Position numbers and translations under genes: made by a program. This document shows positions 39,073 to 50,062 of a DNA stretch of 64,000 bases, piece after piece. Numbering within the stretch: position 1 is the first letter of the stretch; each line of letters opens with the position of its first letter. The notes beneath the pieces were generated by a model. It searched no databases. It saw only the letters and a program-made list of their open reading frames with translations, and was not told the origin of the DNA. Origin of the DNA: Candidatus Woesearchaeota archaeon (lineage in GTDB: Archaea > Nanobdellota > Nanobdellia > Woesearchaeales > JAGVYF01); contig JBAZLJ010000001.1 in NCBI GenBank assembly GCA_041650315.1, positions 280,259 through 344,258 of the forward strand, read 5' to 3'.

Positions 39073-40758
39073 CTATGGTGTACCGCAACCGCCGGCTGGA
39101 GCTTCAGATGTGCTCAATGTGCTTGTGCATCCGCTTAGACCGGGATTAGCTTCGCAATAGGTTTGCTTGATGGTGTTAGCATCGAAACCGCCGAATTGTT
39201 TCTGATTGTTAGCTATCCATGTAGGACTGCCGCCAATATTCAATTCTTGCGCAATCTTGATGTCTTCGCTCAGCAATGCTTTGCCTTCATCGCCTTTAGA
39301 GCAAGTTTCTACTTTTGTGGAATCTATGCTAGCTGCTAATGCGCAGTCTTTCCAATCTAAGTCTTTCACGCCATTAGTAGATCTGCAATAGATGAAATTA
39401 AGCCATTTTTCTTGTGATGCGTATTTATTAACGCATAATTGGACAATATCTTCATCAACTTCGTATTGGCCGTGTAAGCTTTGGAATTCTCCATTCTGTT
39501 CATTAGCTATGTAATGGACACTGTATTTGACGTCTTCTTTGAAGTTTGTGACTACTTCTTTCAATGCTTTAACTGCTTCTTTTCCGTAAGGGCAGTCGCT
39601 CATCACGAACAATTGAAGGTCTTTCTTGATTTCTTCTCTGCATTCGAATGCGTCATTGCACTCAGTGTCTGCGCAGTCAATAAGTTCGTTATTGTTGTCA
39701 TCCACTTCGTTGTCGCAGATTTCTTTAGTTGGATCGAAGCTTGCTCCAATCATCAAATTAAGATATTTGCCTGATGGGACGAAATATCTTTCGATGTTCA
39801 CATAATTAGCATCTGTCTTGACTTCTTCAGTGAAAAGGATAGCTGGCAATGCTGTCAATTGTAGTTCATTGTATAACGCTTTACCTTCTTCGGTTGAATA
39901 ATCAAGGTTTGTAACTGCGAGTTTTGGGAATAGTTGATTTTTCAATGATTGAATGATTGGCGCTGAATCACATTCTTTGCATCTTGCGTCATTCAATACT
40001 GTGATCTTCACTTCTTTGATCTCAGGCAATTCTGCGCATGCTGGGGCTTTGTTGCCTGTTGCTTCGCAGATTGCTCTTATTAGATCATTTGGTGCTCTTC
40101 CACCAGCATATTGCACGCCGTTCAAATAGATTGTAGGGCTGCCTTGGACATTGAGAGATTGAGCTTTCTGGAATGATGCTGCGAGCAATGCTTTGCCTTC
40201 TTCGCCTTGGTAGCAAGTTTCCAATGTTTTTGAATCAATGCCTATTTCATCAGCGCATGTTGTCAATGATGAGACTAAATCACTTGGATTGTTTTTGTTT
40301 TGGCATGCTATAAAATCGAAATATACTGCTGGATAATGGTTTTTTGCACAAGCTTGTATCAAATCGCCTATGACTTCTGGTTCTCCATGAAGGCTGTTGA
40401 AATTCGTTCCATCAGTCTGGCCAATGAATTCTATGTTCATATTGACATAGCCTTTCATCTTGTCAACAACTTCTTTGAATGAGTTTTCTGCCTGCACCCC
40501 ATAAGGACATTGGCTCATGACATAAAGGTCGATATTAGCTTTATCACTTACTGTTGCGAATCCGGTTATTCCGTCTAAAAGATTAGGATAATTAGAATTG
40601 ACTACATATCCGATTGCGAAAACAACTGCTACGATTACTAGAAGTTTCTTATAATCGAAATTGCTTGCTTTTTGTTCAACCTTTGCTTCGACATTGATGA
40701 AAGCAGGTTTCACTTCCGGTTTTGCCGGTTCTGGATTTGCTTGTTGTTCCATTTCCAT
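39073..40758 (-). CDS. Membrane-anchored multi-thioredoxin (DsbA/GILT-like) protein
   Basis: Duplicated domains LYVMSQCPYG / LFVMSDCPYG each with SLHG and GSPT; middle CKEC domain. Confidence 0.8.
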   Translation of the reverse strand: MEMEQQANPEPAKPEVKPAFINVEAKVEQKASNFDYKKLLVIVAVVFAIGYVVNSNYPNLLDGITGFATVSDKANIDLYVMSQCPYGVQAENSFKEVVDKMKGYVNMNIEFIGQTDGTNFNSLHGEPEVIGDLIQACAKNHYPAVYFDFIACQNKNNPSDLVSSLTTCADEIGIDSKTLETCYQGEEGKALLAASFQKAQSLNVQGSPTIYLNGVQYAGGRAPNDLIRAICEATGNKAPACAELPEIKEVKITVLNDARCKECDSAPIIQSLKNQLFPKLAVTNLDYSTEEGKALYNELQLTALPAILFTEEVKTDANYVNIERYFVPSGKYLNLMIGASFDPTKEICDNEVDDNNNELIDCADTECNDAFECREEIKKDLQLFVMSDCPYGKEAVKALKEVVTNFKEDVKYSVHYIANEQNGEFQSLHGQYEVDEDIVQLCVNKYASQEKWLNFIYCRSTNGVKDLDWKDCALAASIDSTKVETCSKGDEGKALLSEDIKIAQELNIGGSPTWIANNQKQFGGFDANTIKQTYCEANPGLSGCTSTLSTSEAPAGGCGTP

Positions 40759-40868
40759 ATATTTTCACCTTCATATGATTATGATTGTTTTTATTTGAGA
40801 ACGCTGTTAATAAATATATTGGTTTTTTATGATATATAAAGAAAAAGTAAATAAAAAAAAGAAAAAGC

Positions 40869-41060
40869 TTAGATTTGTGTGTCTAAGTCTTGTTCCAATG
40901 CGTCTAGGTCAGATGTATCTACGCTTGTTTGGTCAATGGAATCGATATCCGATATGTCGGAACTTAAGTCCATTGAAGCATCTGTTGTTGTTTCTTTAGC
41001 GCAACCATACATTGTCGCTACTAATAACAACGCTAATATCAAAATTGCTGCTTTTTTCAT
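40869..41060 (-). CDS. Small acidic lipoprotein
   Basis: Lipobox MYGC; AGGTGA SD. Confidence 0.75.
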   Translation of the reverse strand: MKKAAILILALLLVATMYGCAKETTTDASMDLSSDISDIDSIDQTSVDTSDLDALEQDLDTQI

Positions 41061-41071
41061 TCATCTCACCT

Positions 41072-42412
41072 TTATGCAGTTCCTTCAACAGCTGCTTCTG
41101 CTGCATCTGTATTGGATTCTGCAAGCTCTTCAACGCCTTCATTGGATACTACGCTTTTTATAATTTGCTGTAGTATCTTCTGCGCATCTGCTAATGCTTG
41201 CTTAGCCAATTTCATGTGCTGTTCAGCTGCTTTGACGTATTCGTCAATAGCTTTCTTATCGGTGTCTGCCAGTTTAGCTTCGACTTTTTTATCCAATTCT
41301 GTCTGAGCTGCTTGGAATTCTGTCTTTGCAGTATCTAGCTTTACTTTGAATTGGTCTACCAATGGTTGGATAGTTGTTGTGTCTTTGCCGTTCTCTGTCA
41401 TCCTTTCCATGATCCTGTTCAATTTCACTTCAAGATATTTGGATTTGATGATTACTCCGCCCATTCTTGAGTTGACTAATCTTGCATTGACTGATTTGAT
41501 TACCAATTTAGCATCAGCAATAGCGCCTTTCATCTCTTTCATCGCCGCATTCACTTCTTCTTTGGTAGAATTTTCGTTAAGAGCTGCAATCTTTGCCTTG
41601 ACATCATTGATGTCTTCTATCTCTTGATCGAGCCAGCCTTTATAGACAATAGTGTTCTCTTCAGTTATATACTCTGAAGATTCTACATTAGCAAGCACTT
41701 TCTCAAGCATTTTGATAGTCTGGTCTGCTGCGTTGTTTGTCATGTCTCTTGCTTTAATTTTCAGTTCTTTATCCTTTTCTTCACAATCATCTGCTTCTTT
41801 GCAAACTTTTCTTTCTGCTAACTTAGCTGCTAAATCTGCTTTCAATGTCAGATGTTTTGCTTTAGCTTCGTCTACTCTAGCTTTTGCGTTAAGATAATTT
41901 AGGTTAGATTTCTCTTTCTTCTCTTTGATTAATTCTCTTACTTTGAACTCTTTGTCTTTATCGAATCCTTGGAATCCAGATTCGTCTTTCATTTCATTGA
42001 ATCTTTCGATTGCTTTGTTTTTAAGTTCAACGAGTTTCTGCAATCTTGTGAGATCCTTCTCTTGAAGTTTCTGCACTAGCTCAGTTCTTTTCTGCAGTTT
42101 CTCTTCACATTTAGTAGAATCGTTGCTTGTTTCTTTGCAAAGTTCTATTGCTTTATTCAATTGCTCTTGCTGAAATAACCTGAATTCTTCAGCTTTCAAG
42201 CTTTCAATTTCCCTTTCTCCAGCCATGACAGCTTTCCTTATAGAATTGATAGTATTTCCTTCGGAATCAGCCATCATCTTTGGTTCGTCTATTTCGTTTT
42301 CTTCGTCATCTTGTGTGCTATATTTACCATTTTTACCATTTTCTGCGAATGCTGTTGGTATTATGCTTATCATAAACATGCATAAAACCAATATCGCGAA
42401 TGTTTTTTTCAT
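41072..42412 (-). CDS. Secreted long alpha-helical/coiled-coil protein
   Basis: Signal peptide AFA-E; GGAGGT SD; K/E-rich helices. Confidence 0.8.
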   Translation of the reverse strand: MKKTFAILVLCMFMISIIPTAFAENGKNGKYSTQDDEENEIDEPKMMADSEGNTINSIRKAVMAGEREIESLKAEEFRLFQQEQLNKAIELCKETSNDSTKCEEKLQKRTELVQKLQEKDLTRLQKLVELKNKAIERFNEMKDESGFQGFDKDKEFKVRELIKEKKEKSNLNYLNAKARVDEAKAKHLTLKADLAAKLAERKVCKEADDCEEKDKELKIKARDMTNNAADQTIKMLEKVLANVESSEYITEENTIVYKGWLDQEIEDINDVKAKIAALNENSTKEEVNAAMKEMKGAIADAKLVIKSVNARLVNSRMGGVIIKSKYLEVKLNRIMERMTENGKDTTTIQPLVDQFKVKLDTAKTEFQAAQTELDKKVEAKLADTDKKAIDEYVKAAEQHMKLAKQALADAQKILQQIIKSVVSNEGVEELAESNTDAAEAAVEGTA

Positions 42413-42635
42413 TTTCGTAACCTCCATCGTTTGTTTTTGAATGTGATCTGCAGATATGATTTACGAATTTTGTTTATATAGATACTTTCAGATTAGTTTT
42501 GTTTGAAGCTTTATACGGGCGTTTAACACCTTAGGAAAGTTCATATGGTCAGTTTAATCTTTAAATCGGTTGAATCAGGCTTGTTTTGTTTTTTCATTGC
42601 AAAGCTTTTTATATCAATATTATTTAGATAAGGAC

Positions 42636-43337
42636 ATGAATAGATTATTTTTGTATCTGGCAATGTTCTTTGTTTTGACTTCATTAGTTTCGGCAGCAAC
42701 TGTTCATGGCTCAGTCTATGACCTTTCTCTTGAGAAAGTCAGCGATGTTAGGATGTCGGTTAATTCTGCTCCTGCGCAGACTTTGATATCTAAGGATGGG
42801 GCTTATTCATTTGAATTGCCATCAGGCGAATATATTTTGAAGGCGGAATATTATGAAAATAGAATTTTAATATCTACTGCTGAAGAGTCTGTGAAAATTG
42901 GTTCTGACGGGAATTATGTGATTGATTTAGTCTTATTTCCAGTGCTTGAGGAAGAAATCGATGATGTTGAAGTCCCTGATGAATTGAATGGTGATTCATA
43001 TTGGTATTATTATGCGCCGTTAATTATTTTTGTGCTGGTTTTGATTTATTTACGTTATCGCAAATTGCAGATTAGAAAATTGAAGATCATGAAACTTGAA
43101 GAGGCAAGGCATGTCGCGCATATCAAACCTTCTGTTGCCGTTGATCCTGAGCTTGAGAAGCTGTTGGATTTCATCAAATCGAATGAAGGACGAGTGACGC
43201 AGAAAGATGTGCGCAAAGCTTATCCTTCTTTGTCTGAAGCTAAAATCTCTCTTATGGTCGCTGAATTGGAGCATAAAGGGATAGTCAATAAAATAAAAAA
43301 GGGAAGAGGTAATCTCATATGGTTAAGAAAACATTAA
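42636..43337 (+). CDS. Membrane-anchored protein with extracellular beta domain and C-terminal winged HTH
   Basis: ATVHGSVY...DGAYSFEL, TM, GRVTQKDV...SEAKISLMVAELE...KKGRGN. Confidence 0.85.
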   Translation: MNRLFLYLAMFFVLTSLVSAATVHGSVYDLSLEKVSDVRMSVNSAPAQTLISKDGAYSFELPSGEYILKAEYYENRILISTAEESVKIGSDGNYVIDLVLFPVLEEEIDDVEVPDELNGDSYWYYYAPLIIFVLVLIYLRYRKLQIRKLKIMKLEEARHVAHIKPSVAVDPELEKLLDFIKSNEGRVTQKDVRKAYPSLSEAKISLMVAELEHKGIVNKIKKGRGNLIWLRKH

Positions 43338-44104
43338 AACTTTTATTGTCTAAACTGAATCAGTCTAGATTTGTCCACAAATTAAAGCATTTCAAGTATT
43401 GGAGATTGGTATTCGCTGCATTTGCTATATTCATTTTATTCGGAGGATATTTCGGTTATTCATATCTTAAACAGAAGCAATTCACAGATGATTATAATGC
43501 GATGAATTCCAAGTATAAAGAAGCACTTTATGCAACAGGCAGCGCGCCAAAGACTTCGCTTGCTAAAGTTTCTGCGTATAATGATGCTTTCACTATATTC
43601 TTCAATAAGTATAGAGATAATCCGCCTAAGGATTTCGCTAAAGATATGTCTTTCTCCGGCGATATGGAAGCGATTGCTTTGCTTTCAGAGAATGCGTTGT
43701 TCTACACACAGGAATCAGAATATTCTCTAGCGCATGCTGAGCTTGAAAGCATACGTCAGGTCTGGCAGTTGCTTTTCAAAAGGAATGATGTGGGGATGAT
43801 GTCTTATTATATGACTGATTTCCATGATGCGATGGAATCCGTTATCTCTCTTGCTGATATAAAAGATGCAGCCGGCGTTTCTGAATTGTGCCCTTCACTT
43901 ACTGAGAAATGGGCTGCCATTAAGAACATGGAAGTGTCTTTCTCTGTCGATAAACTGATTGATTTCAAGAATCAGGTCTCTGCTGAGGAAATAAACGTGA
44001 GGAATCTTTGCTCTGCTGCAGAAAGTAAAAATATAGAAAAGCTGCCTTATCTGGCAGCAAAGATGAAATCAGGTTTCATCAGCGCATACTTAAGGTATGG
44101 CTGA
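43319..44104 (+). CDS. Membrane-anchored helical hypothetical protein
   Basis: 261-aa ORF; N-terminal TM; AHAELE, DFHDAME. Confidence 0.7.
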   Translation: MVKKTLKLLLSKLNQSRFVHKLKHFKYWRLVFAAFAIFILFGGYFGYSYLKQKQFTDDYNAMNSKYKEALYATGSAPKTSLAKVSAYNDAFTIFFNKYRDNPPKDFAKDMSFSGDMEAIALLSENALFYTQESEYSLAHAELESIRQVWQLLFKRNDVGMMSYYMTDFHDAMESVISLADIKDAAGVSELCPSLTEKWAAIKNMEVSFSVDKLIDFKNQVSAEEINVRNLCSAAESKNIEKLPYLAAKMKSGFISAYLRYG

Positions 44105-44109
44105 TTATT

Positions 44110-46044
44110 TTATTTTTTAATTTCAGGTTTCGGCTGCTCAGGCAGTTTCTTTGATTTAATCTCTTTGAGCAGGCGTTCTATCAAATCATCAGCTTTGACA
44201 TCATTGCTGACCAATCCTTCCCTGGTCCTTACCGCGACTGTGTGAGATGCTTCTTCTTTCTCTCCGACAACTAGGATATAGTTTATCTGCTTAAGTTGAG
44301 CGTCTCTCACTTTTTTAGGTATGGATTCTGCTCTGGTGTCGAGTTCGACTCTTAATCCATAATCGCTCATTTTCTCCATTAGTTTCTCAGCATAGCCGTT
44401 GAATTTGTCGGATACTGTCAAAATAGAGATTTGGATTGGGCTCAACCATAGCGGGAATCTTCCGGCAAAGTGTTCTGTCAATATGCCTAAGAATCTCTCT
44501 ATACTGCCGTAAACAACGCGATGAAGCATGACTGGCCTGTGCTTTTTGCCATCTTGGCCTTCGTAAGTCAAGTCAAACCTTTCTGGCATCTGGAAATCAA
44601 GCTGGCATGTCGCGCACTGCCATGTCCTTCCCAATGAATCCTTGATATGGAAATCGATCTTCGGACCATAGAATGCGCCGTCTCCTGGATTTATCTTGAA
44701 CGGCATTTTCAGTTCATTCAGCGATTTCTCAAGAGTTTTTTCTGCAAGTTCCCATAGTTTAGGGTCGCCCATAGCTTTGTCAGGTTTTGTAGAAAGCTCA
44801 ACATGATATTCGAATCCGAATATATCTTTATAGAAATGATCTATAAGTTTCACAACTCCTTTTATTTCATTTTCAAGTTGGTCTTCTGTAACATACAGAT
44901 GAGCATCATCTTGATGGAAGCATCTTACCCTGAATAATCCGGATAATACGCCTGATAGCTCATGTCTGTGCACTAATCCGACTTCAGCCGCTCTCAAAGG
45001 CAATTCTTTATAGCTGTGTATCCTTGATTTATATGTAATCATTCCGCCAGGACAGTTCATAGGTTTAACTGCATAATCTGCTTGATCTATCTTAGTGAAA
45101 TACATGTTTTCTTTGTAATGGTCCCAATGACCTGACTGTAGCCATAATGCTTTGTTAAGTATGATTGGCGTTTTGATTTCTACGTATCCGGCTTTCTTGT
45201 GTTCAGCTCTCCAGAAATCTAGAAGTTCGTTCCATATTACCATGCCTTTAGCGTGTATGAACGGCATTCCTGGCGCTTCGTCATGGAAGCTGAAAAGATC
45301 CATATCACGTCCGATTTTTCTGTGATCTCTTTTAGACGCTTCTTCAAGTAAAGTCAGGTAACCATTCAAATCTTTCTTGTCAGGGAAACTTATTCCGTAT
45401 ACTCTCTGGAGCATCTTGTTCTTATTATCGCCTCTCCAGTATGCACCGGCTATTTTTGTGAGTTTCACTGCTTTGATCTGGCCGGTGTGCTGCACGTGCG
45501 GACCTCTACAGAAATCGATGTAATTGCCGTGCTGGTAGATTGTCAATGTGTCTTCTTTCAGTTCGTTGATCATTTCAATCTTGTATTGATTGTCCTTGAA
45601 AAGCAGCAGAGCTTCTTTCTTGCTGACTTCTCTTCTTTCGAACTTGAGATCCTGCTTGATTATCTCCTGCATCTTTTTCTCAATTTTTTCCAAGTCTTCT
45701 GGCTTGAATGGTTCGTGATCGAAATCGTAATAGAATCCTTCAGCCACCGCTGGGCCGATTGTTGGCTTTGCATAGGGGAATAATTGGACTACTGCATCAG
45801 CCATGATGTGCGCTGTCGAATGCCTGAACACTTCAACGCCTTCAGGGTCTTTGAATGTTATGATTTTTATCTTCGCATTGTGATTTATCGGTCTGCTAAG
45901 GTCCCATAGATTTTCATCTACTTTGATGGCTACTGCATTTCTCGCTAATCCTTCAGCGATACCTTTAGCTATCTCTAGACCTGTAATTCCTTTTTTGAAA
46001 TCTTTAGAACTCCCATCAGGGAAAATTATGTTTACGCTATCCAT
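44110..46044 (-). CDS. thrS: Threonine--tRNA ligase, bacterial type with TGS/editing domain
   Basis: HSTAH, DFCRGPH, RDHRKIG, KPMNCP, FYGPKID, HRVVYGSIERF. Confidence 0.98.
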   Translation of the reverse strand: MDSVNIIFPDGSSKDFKKGITGLEIAKGIAEGLARNAVAIKVDENLWDLSRPINHNAKIKIITFKDPEGVEVFRHSTAHIMADAVVQLFPYAKPTIGPAVAEGFYYDFDHEPFKPEDLEKIEKKMQEIIKQDLKFERREVSKKEALLLFKDNQYKIEMINELKEDTLTIYQHGNYIDFCRGPHVQHTGQIKAVKLTKIAGAYWRGDNKNKMLQRVYGISFPDKKDLNGYLTLLEEASKRDHRKIGRDMDLFSFHDEAPGMPFIHAKGMVIWNELLDFWRAEHKKAGYVEIKTPIILNKALWLQSGHWDHYKENMYFTKIDQADYAVKPMNCPGGMITYKSRIHSYKELPLRAAEVGLVHRHELSGVLSGLFRVRCFHQDDAHLYVTEDQLENEIKGVVKLIDHFYKDIFGFEYHVELSTKPDKAMGDPKLWELAEKTLEKSLNELKMPFKINPGDGAFYGPKIDFHIKDSLGRTWQCATCQLDFQMPERFDLTYEGQDGKKHRPVMLHRVVYGSIERFLGILTEHFAGRFPLWLSPIQISILTVSDKFNGYAEKLMEKMSDYGLRVELDTRAESIPKKVRDAQLKQINYILVVGEKEEASHTVAVRTREGLVSNDVKADDLIERLLKEIKSKKLPEQPKPEIKK

Positions 46045-46056
46045 TTTTTACACCTT

Positions 46057-46086
46057 CATACTGCGATATACAAAATCGCGAGCATG
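46057..46086 (-). promoter_or_regulatory. tRNA-Thr anticodon-arm mimic in thrS leader
   Basis: mRNA CAUGCU(C)GCGAU-UUUGUAU-AUCGC-AGUAUG; 7-nt loop with central UGU; abuts SD AAGGUG. Confidence 0.65.
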
Positions 46087-46140
46087 GGCTGTTGTATAGA
46101 TATCTCTTATAAAAATGTTACTATAATTGATATATAGAAT

Positions 46141-47238
46141 TTACTTGGCGCCGATGAATTTGAGTATCTCGTTTTCAAGATAATCGAAGACGCTTTCTTT
46201 CTTTTTCATTGGAGTTGGTCTGGTAAATTCCAATTCAGGCACTTGCGGGACTGGTTCAGGCAGGTCTATCCTCATATCATCTGGTTCCTGCGTTATGTCC
46301 GGCAGTTCTAATGTATTAGGAATATGATGCTTCTGTTCCATTGGTCTTGGCGCTTCCATCATAGGGAATGATTCCGGAAGTTCTCCGATTGTTTCGAATT
46401 TGATTGGTTCTATGTTCATGTTCTTCCTGCTTTCATATTTCAGAGCCATCTCATTGAATTTGTTCTTCAATGCTGTGATCTTTTCGATTAATGGTTTAAG
46501 CCTTCTTTGGCTGTGCTTGCTCTGCATCTTTATGAGTTTCATCTCGAACATCTTTATGGTCTTGTCGAGCTCTTTCATCTTATCTTTGTGTGCTTCCATT
46601 TTCTCATTCTCTTCAGCTACTTTTATCGCGATCAATTGATTAAGCTTGTCCTGCATCTGGGCAAGCGAGTTCTGCATAGTATCGACCCTTTTGTCTTTAG
46701 CCATGATTGGCTCTATTTTTTTAACTACTTCTAATGTAGGTCTGATTATCTCTTTCTTGATTATGACTGGGCTTCTGTGCTTGAGCTCTTTGAGTTCATC
46801 TGCTAATGCCTCTATTTTATCTTCTTGCTCTTCGTTGATGGATTCTTGTTCCTCTTCCCATTCTTCATCTTCTTTCACTTTACTTTCGATGTTGTTAACT
46901 TCTGAGAACAGGTCGTAGATACGTTTTTCATCTTTGCTGAGCTCTTTTTTAGTCTCATCAATTTTATTATCAGTCTCTTTTACTCTCGTATTAAGCAGAT
47001 TAAGAGCTTCTTTCTCTTTAGTCTCTACGATTATCTTAGGCATCATCGGTTGGAAATCGTCCTTGAATTTCCTGATTGTATCGCCTATATCAGAATGCTG
47101 TTTCGGTCCAGGCATATCGGTCATATGCGGTCTTTCTGTTTTTTTTATCTCAGGCATTTTCGGTTGTAAGTCTTCCTGTTTCAATCTCTTGAAATGTAGA
47201 AGTAATCTCCTGACTTTCCGAGGATGCAGTTCAGCCAT
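46141..47238 (-). CDS. Coiled-coil hypothetical protein
   Basis: 365-aa K/E-rich ORF with Pro/Met-rich ends. Confidence 0.75.
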   Translation of the reverse strand: MAELHPRKVRRLLLHFKRLKQEDLQPKMPEIKKTERPHMTDMPGPKQHSDIGDTIRKFKDDFQPMMPKIIVETKEKEALNLLNTRVKETDNKIDETKKELSKDEKRIYDLFSEVNNIESKVKEDEEWEEEQESINEEQEDKIEALADELKELKHRSPVIIKKEIIRPTLEVVKKIEPIMAKDKRVDTMQNSLAQMQDKLNQLIAIKVAEENEKMEAHKDKMKELDKTIKMFEMKLIKMQSKHSQRRLKPLIEKITALKNKFNEMALKYESRKNMNIEPIKFETIGELPESFPMMEAPRPMEQKHHIPNTLELPDITQEPDDMRIDLPEPVPQVPELEFTRPTPMKKKESVFDYLENEILKFIGAK

Positions 47239-47240
47239 TT

Positions 47241-47786
47241 TTATTTGAATAATTCAGAGAAGCTTTTCTTCTTTTTCTCAGGTAATCTTGGCGGAGGCGG
47301 CATTGGCGCTCCTGTCAATGGTTTTGATTCCATTGGTCTTGGTGCTGAGAAACTTGGCGGTGGCATAGGCGAAAAACTCTGTTTCGGCATATCAAAGCTC
47401 ATCTGCGGCTTTGATGAGGCGCCCATATTGCCTACCATTCTTTTGATGTATGGAATGTCACTATTCAGCATGTTCGCTACTGCGATTATGCCTTTTGCGA
47501 TCTTTTCATTTTGCTCTACTACCTGATCAAGTTTGTCTTGAATAGGTTTTAATTCTTTTATGAATAATTCTTCTTCTCTTTCTTCAAGTTTCATCTCTTC
47601 AGTTGCTTCTTCGAATGTCTGTGTGAAATCTTGGAGCGTTGTCGCTAACTTCTCCATAGTGTCCATGACATTCTCTGGACTTGCTTTCTTCTTAGAAACA
47701 GCTGTTTTTGTGAGTTTTAACGCTTCGATCTCTCTTTTCAGAGCATCAAGCTTCTCGAAAGGTAATGCTTCTTCATCTTTAGCCAT
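47241..47786 (-). CDS. Coiled-coil hypothetical protein with Pro-rich C-terminus
   Basis: GGTGA SD; QNEKIAKGIIAVA; PPPP...KKKK-F tail. Confidence 0.8.
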   Translation of the reverse strand: MAKDEEALPFEKLDALKREIEALKLTKTAVSKKKASPENVMDTMEKLATTLQDFTQTFEEATEEMKLEEREEELFIKELKPIQDKLDQVVEQNEKIAKGIIAVANMLNSDIPYIKRMVGNMGASSKPQMSFDMPKQSFSPMPPPSFSAPRPMESKPLTGAPMPPPPRLPEKKKKSFSELFK

Positions 47787-47903
47787 GATATCACCGCTTT
47801 TTTTGATTATTATAAATATAAATTATCCTAATACTATATGGAATTAGCGATTTTAGTATTTATATATGTTTTGGTGGGTTTATATAGAACGAGTATTGAA
47901 ATC

Positions 47904-48365
47904 TTATAATTCTTTAGAATAGACTATTGTCTTGCCCTGAGACTTAAATTTATTATGTTTCATGATTTTCTGCATATTCTTGTTCCAGTCATATACAAGT
48001 CCGAATATCCTTTTGATATGCCTTTCTCTAGATTCCTGTTCAACTGCTTTCATTAGCAAGCTGCCGATGCCTTGACCTCTACATTTGGGAGATACCACTA
48101 TTTTTGACCAATACGTGTATTTCATAATCTCTTCAAATTCAGCTACTGTCGCTCCGCAGATTTTCTTTTCTATTTCTGCAATAATTATTCTTAATGTGTT
48201 CGATCTTAGGCAGTTTAGGAAATACTTTTTATCATGCTTTTGATTAGAATAATCTATTATCTCATGGACATTGGAATATAACCTGACTAATTGCGGGATA
48301 TCCTTGGTTTGCGCTTTCCTTATGATGATATCTGGATTTTGTTTCAATATCTCTTTTGAGAGCAT
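47904..48365 (-). CDS. GNAT-family acetyltransferase
   Basis: IIRKA, VSPKCRGQGIGSLL motif A. Confidence 0.88.
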   Translation of the reverse strand: MLSKEILKQNPDIIIRKAQTKDIPQLVRLYSNVHEIIDYSNQKHDKKYFLNCLRSNTLRIIIAEIEKKICGATVAEFEEIMKYTYWSKIVVSPKCRGQGIGSLLMKAVEQESRERHIKRIFGLVYDWNKNMQKIMKHNKFKSQGKTIVYSKEL

Positions 48366-48418
48366 TGCAATCTTATAAATATGTGGGTTAAAAGAATAAG
48401 AAAAAATGTAGAATTAAT

Positions 48419-50062
48419 CTACATCATGCCTTCAGGAGGCATTCCGCCCATGCCGCCCATTCCGCCAGGCGGTGCTTGATTCTTTGAGCTTGAACCTGCG
48501 ATGACATCGTCAATCCTTAGAATCATGATTGCGACTTCTGCTGCGCTTTGGACTGCTTGAGTTTTAATCTGCAATGGTTCGATTACGCCGTTTGCCCATG
48601 CGTCTACGACTTTGCCTGCGAATACGTCAACGCCTGCCCATTTCTGGCCTTTGTCATGCGCTGCTTTCATTTCTGTAAGCATGTCAATAGGGTCAAGACC
48701 TGCGTTCTCTGCTAGAGTTCTAGGCACTATTTCGATTGCTTCTGCGAATGCGTTAACTGCCAGCTGTTCTCTGCCGCACAATGAATCTGCGAAAGCTCTC
48801 AATCTTTTGCTTAGCTCGATTTCGATAGCTCCTGCGCCTGCGACTACTTTACCTGTCCTGATTGCTGAAGCTAGTACGCCTAACGAATCGTCAAGCGCTC
48901 TTTTTACTTCATCAACGACATGGTCTGTGCCGCCTCTCACTAGAATTGTGACTGCTTTAGGGTTTGAGCATTGCTCAATAAATGTCATCATCTCATCGCC
49001 GACTTTTTTCTCTTCTACAAGTCCTGCGAAGCCTAGCTCTTTTTCTGAAAGGTCGTCTAGGTTTGTTACCATTTGCGCGCCTGTTGCTCTTGCAAGTTTT
49101 TCTATGTCAGATTTCTTTACTCTCCTAGCAGCATAGATTCCTTTTTTCGCAAGGAAATGTTGAGCGATGTCATCAATGCCTTTTTGGCAGATGACTACGT
49201 TTGCGCCTGACTTTGCGATTTTCTCGACCATATTTCTGATTATTTTTTCTTCTTGGTCCAAGAAAGCCTGCATTTGGTTAGGATCAGTTATTTGGATTTT
49301 TGCGTCAGTCTCTGTGCTTTTCACTTCGATAGCTGAATCGATCAATGCGATTTTCGCATTTTTAACTACTGTCGGCATAGCTGGATGGACTCTTTCTTTG
49401 TCCAGAATTATACCTTCAATCAATTCAGAATCTTCTACGCTTGAGCCGACTTTTTTGTCGACTTTGATATCGTCAAGGCTGATAGTTTTCTTACCGTCTT
49501 TCTCAACTGTGACTTTCAAAACTGCTTCTACTGCGATTTTCGCTAGTTTGTCTTTTGCGATTTCTGCGCCTTTGCTTGACATTGCAGTCATAGCTAGTTT
49601 AGTAAGAGTCACTTTGTCGTTTGTGTTGACTGGTTCAGCCATTTCATGCAATAATGATAATGCCTTTTCTGAAGCTATTTTGTAGCCTTTTGATAGAACT
49701 GTTGGATGGATGTTTTGGTCCAATAAGAATTCAGCTTTTTTCAATAGTTCGCCAGCAAGGACTGCTGCTGTTGTAGTGCCGTCACCGACTTCGCTCTCTT
49801 GCGTTTTTGCGACTTCTACTAGCATCTTTGCTGCAGGATGCTCGATCTGCATCTCTTGAAGAATTGTAACGCCGTCGTTTGTTATAATCACATCGCCTAG
49901 GCTATCGACAATCATCTTGTCCATTCCTTTTGGACCTAGAGTTGTCCTGACTGCTTCCGCGACCATTCTTGCGGCCATTATGTTATTCCTTTGAGCGCTC
50001 TTTCCGGATGTTCTTTGAGTGCCTTCAGGCAGTATGAAGATAGGTTGCATTTGGTTATTCAT
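48419..50062 (-). CDS. thsA: Thermosome subunit (group II chaperonin)
   Basis: [28 protein letters not shown] tail. Confidence 0.96.
   Translation of the reverse strand: MNNQMQPIFILPEGTQRTSGKSAQRNNIMAARMVAEAVRTTLGPKGMDKMIVDSLGDVIITNDGVTILQEMQIEHPAAKMLVEVAKTQESEVGDGTTTAAVLAGELLKKAEFLLDQNIHPTVLSKGYKIASEKALSLLHEMAEPVNTNDKVTLTKLAMTAMSSKGAEIAKDKLAKIAVEAVLKVTVEKDGKKTISLDDIKVDKKVGSSVEDSELIEGIILDKERVHPAMPTVVKNAKIALIDSAIEVKSTETDAKIQITDPNQMQAFLDQEEKIIRNMVEKIAKSGANVVICQKGIDDIAQHFLAKKGIYAARRVKKSDIEKLARATGAQMVTNLDDLSEKELGFAGLVEEKKVGDEMMTFIEQCSNPKAVTILVRGGTDHVVDEVKRALDDSLGVLASAIRTGKVVAGAGAIEIELSKRLRAFADSLCGREQLAVNAFAEAIEIVPRTLAENAGLDPIDMLTEMKAAHDKGQKWAGVDVFAGKVVDAWANGVIEPLQIKTQAVQSAAEVAIMILRIDDVIAGSSSKNQAPPGGMGGMGGMPPEGMM

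Noticed and set aside
48612..49685. Long plus-strand ORFs antisense to the thermosome (likewise antisense to nrdJ, srp54 and the ATPase)
   Set aside because: Typical antisense shadow frames of conserved genes, with no motifs of their own
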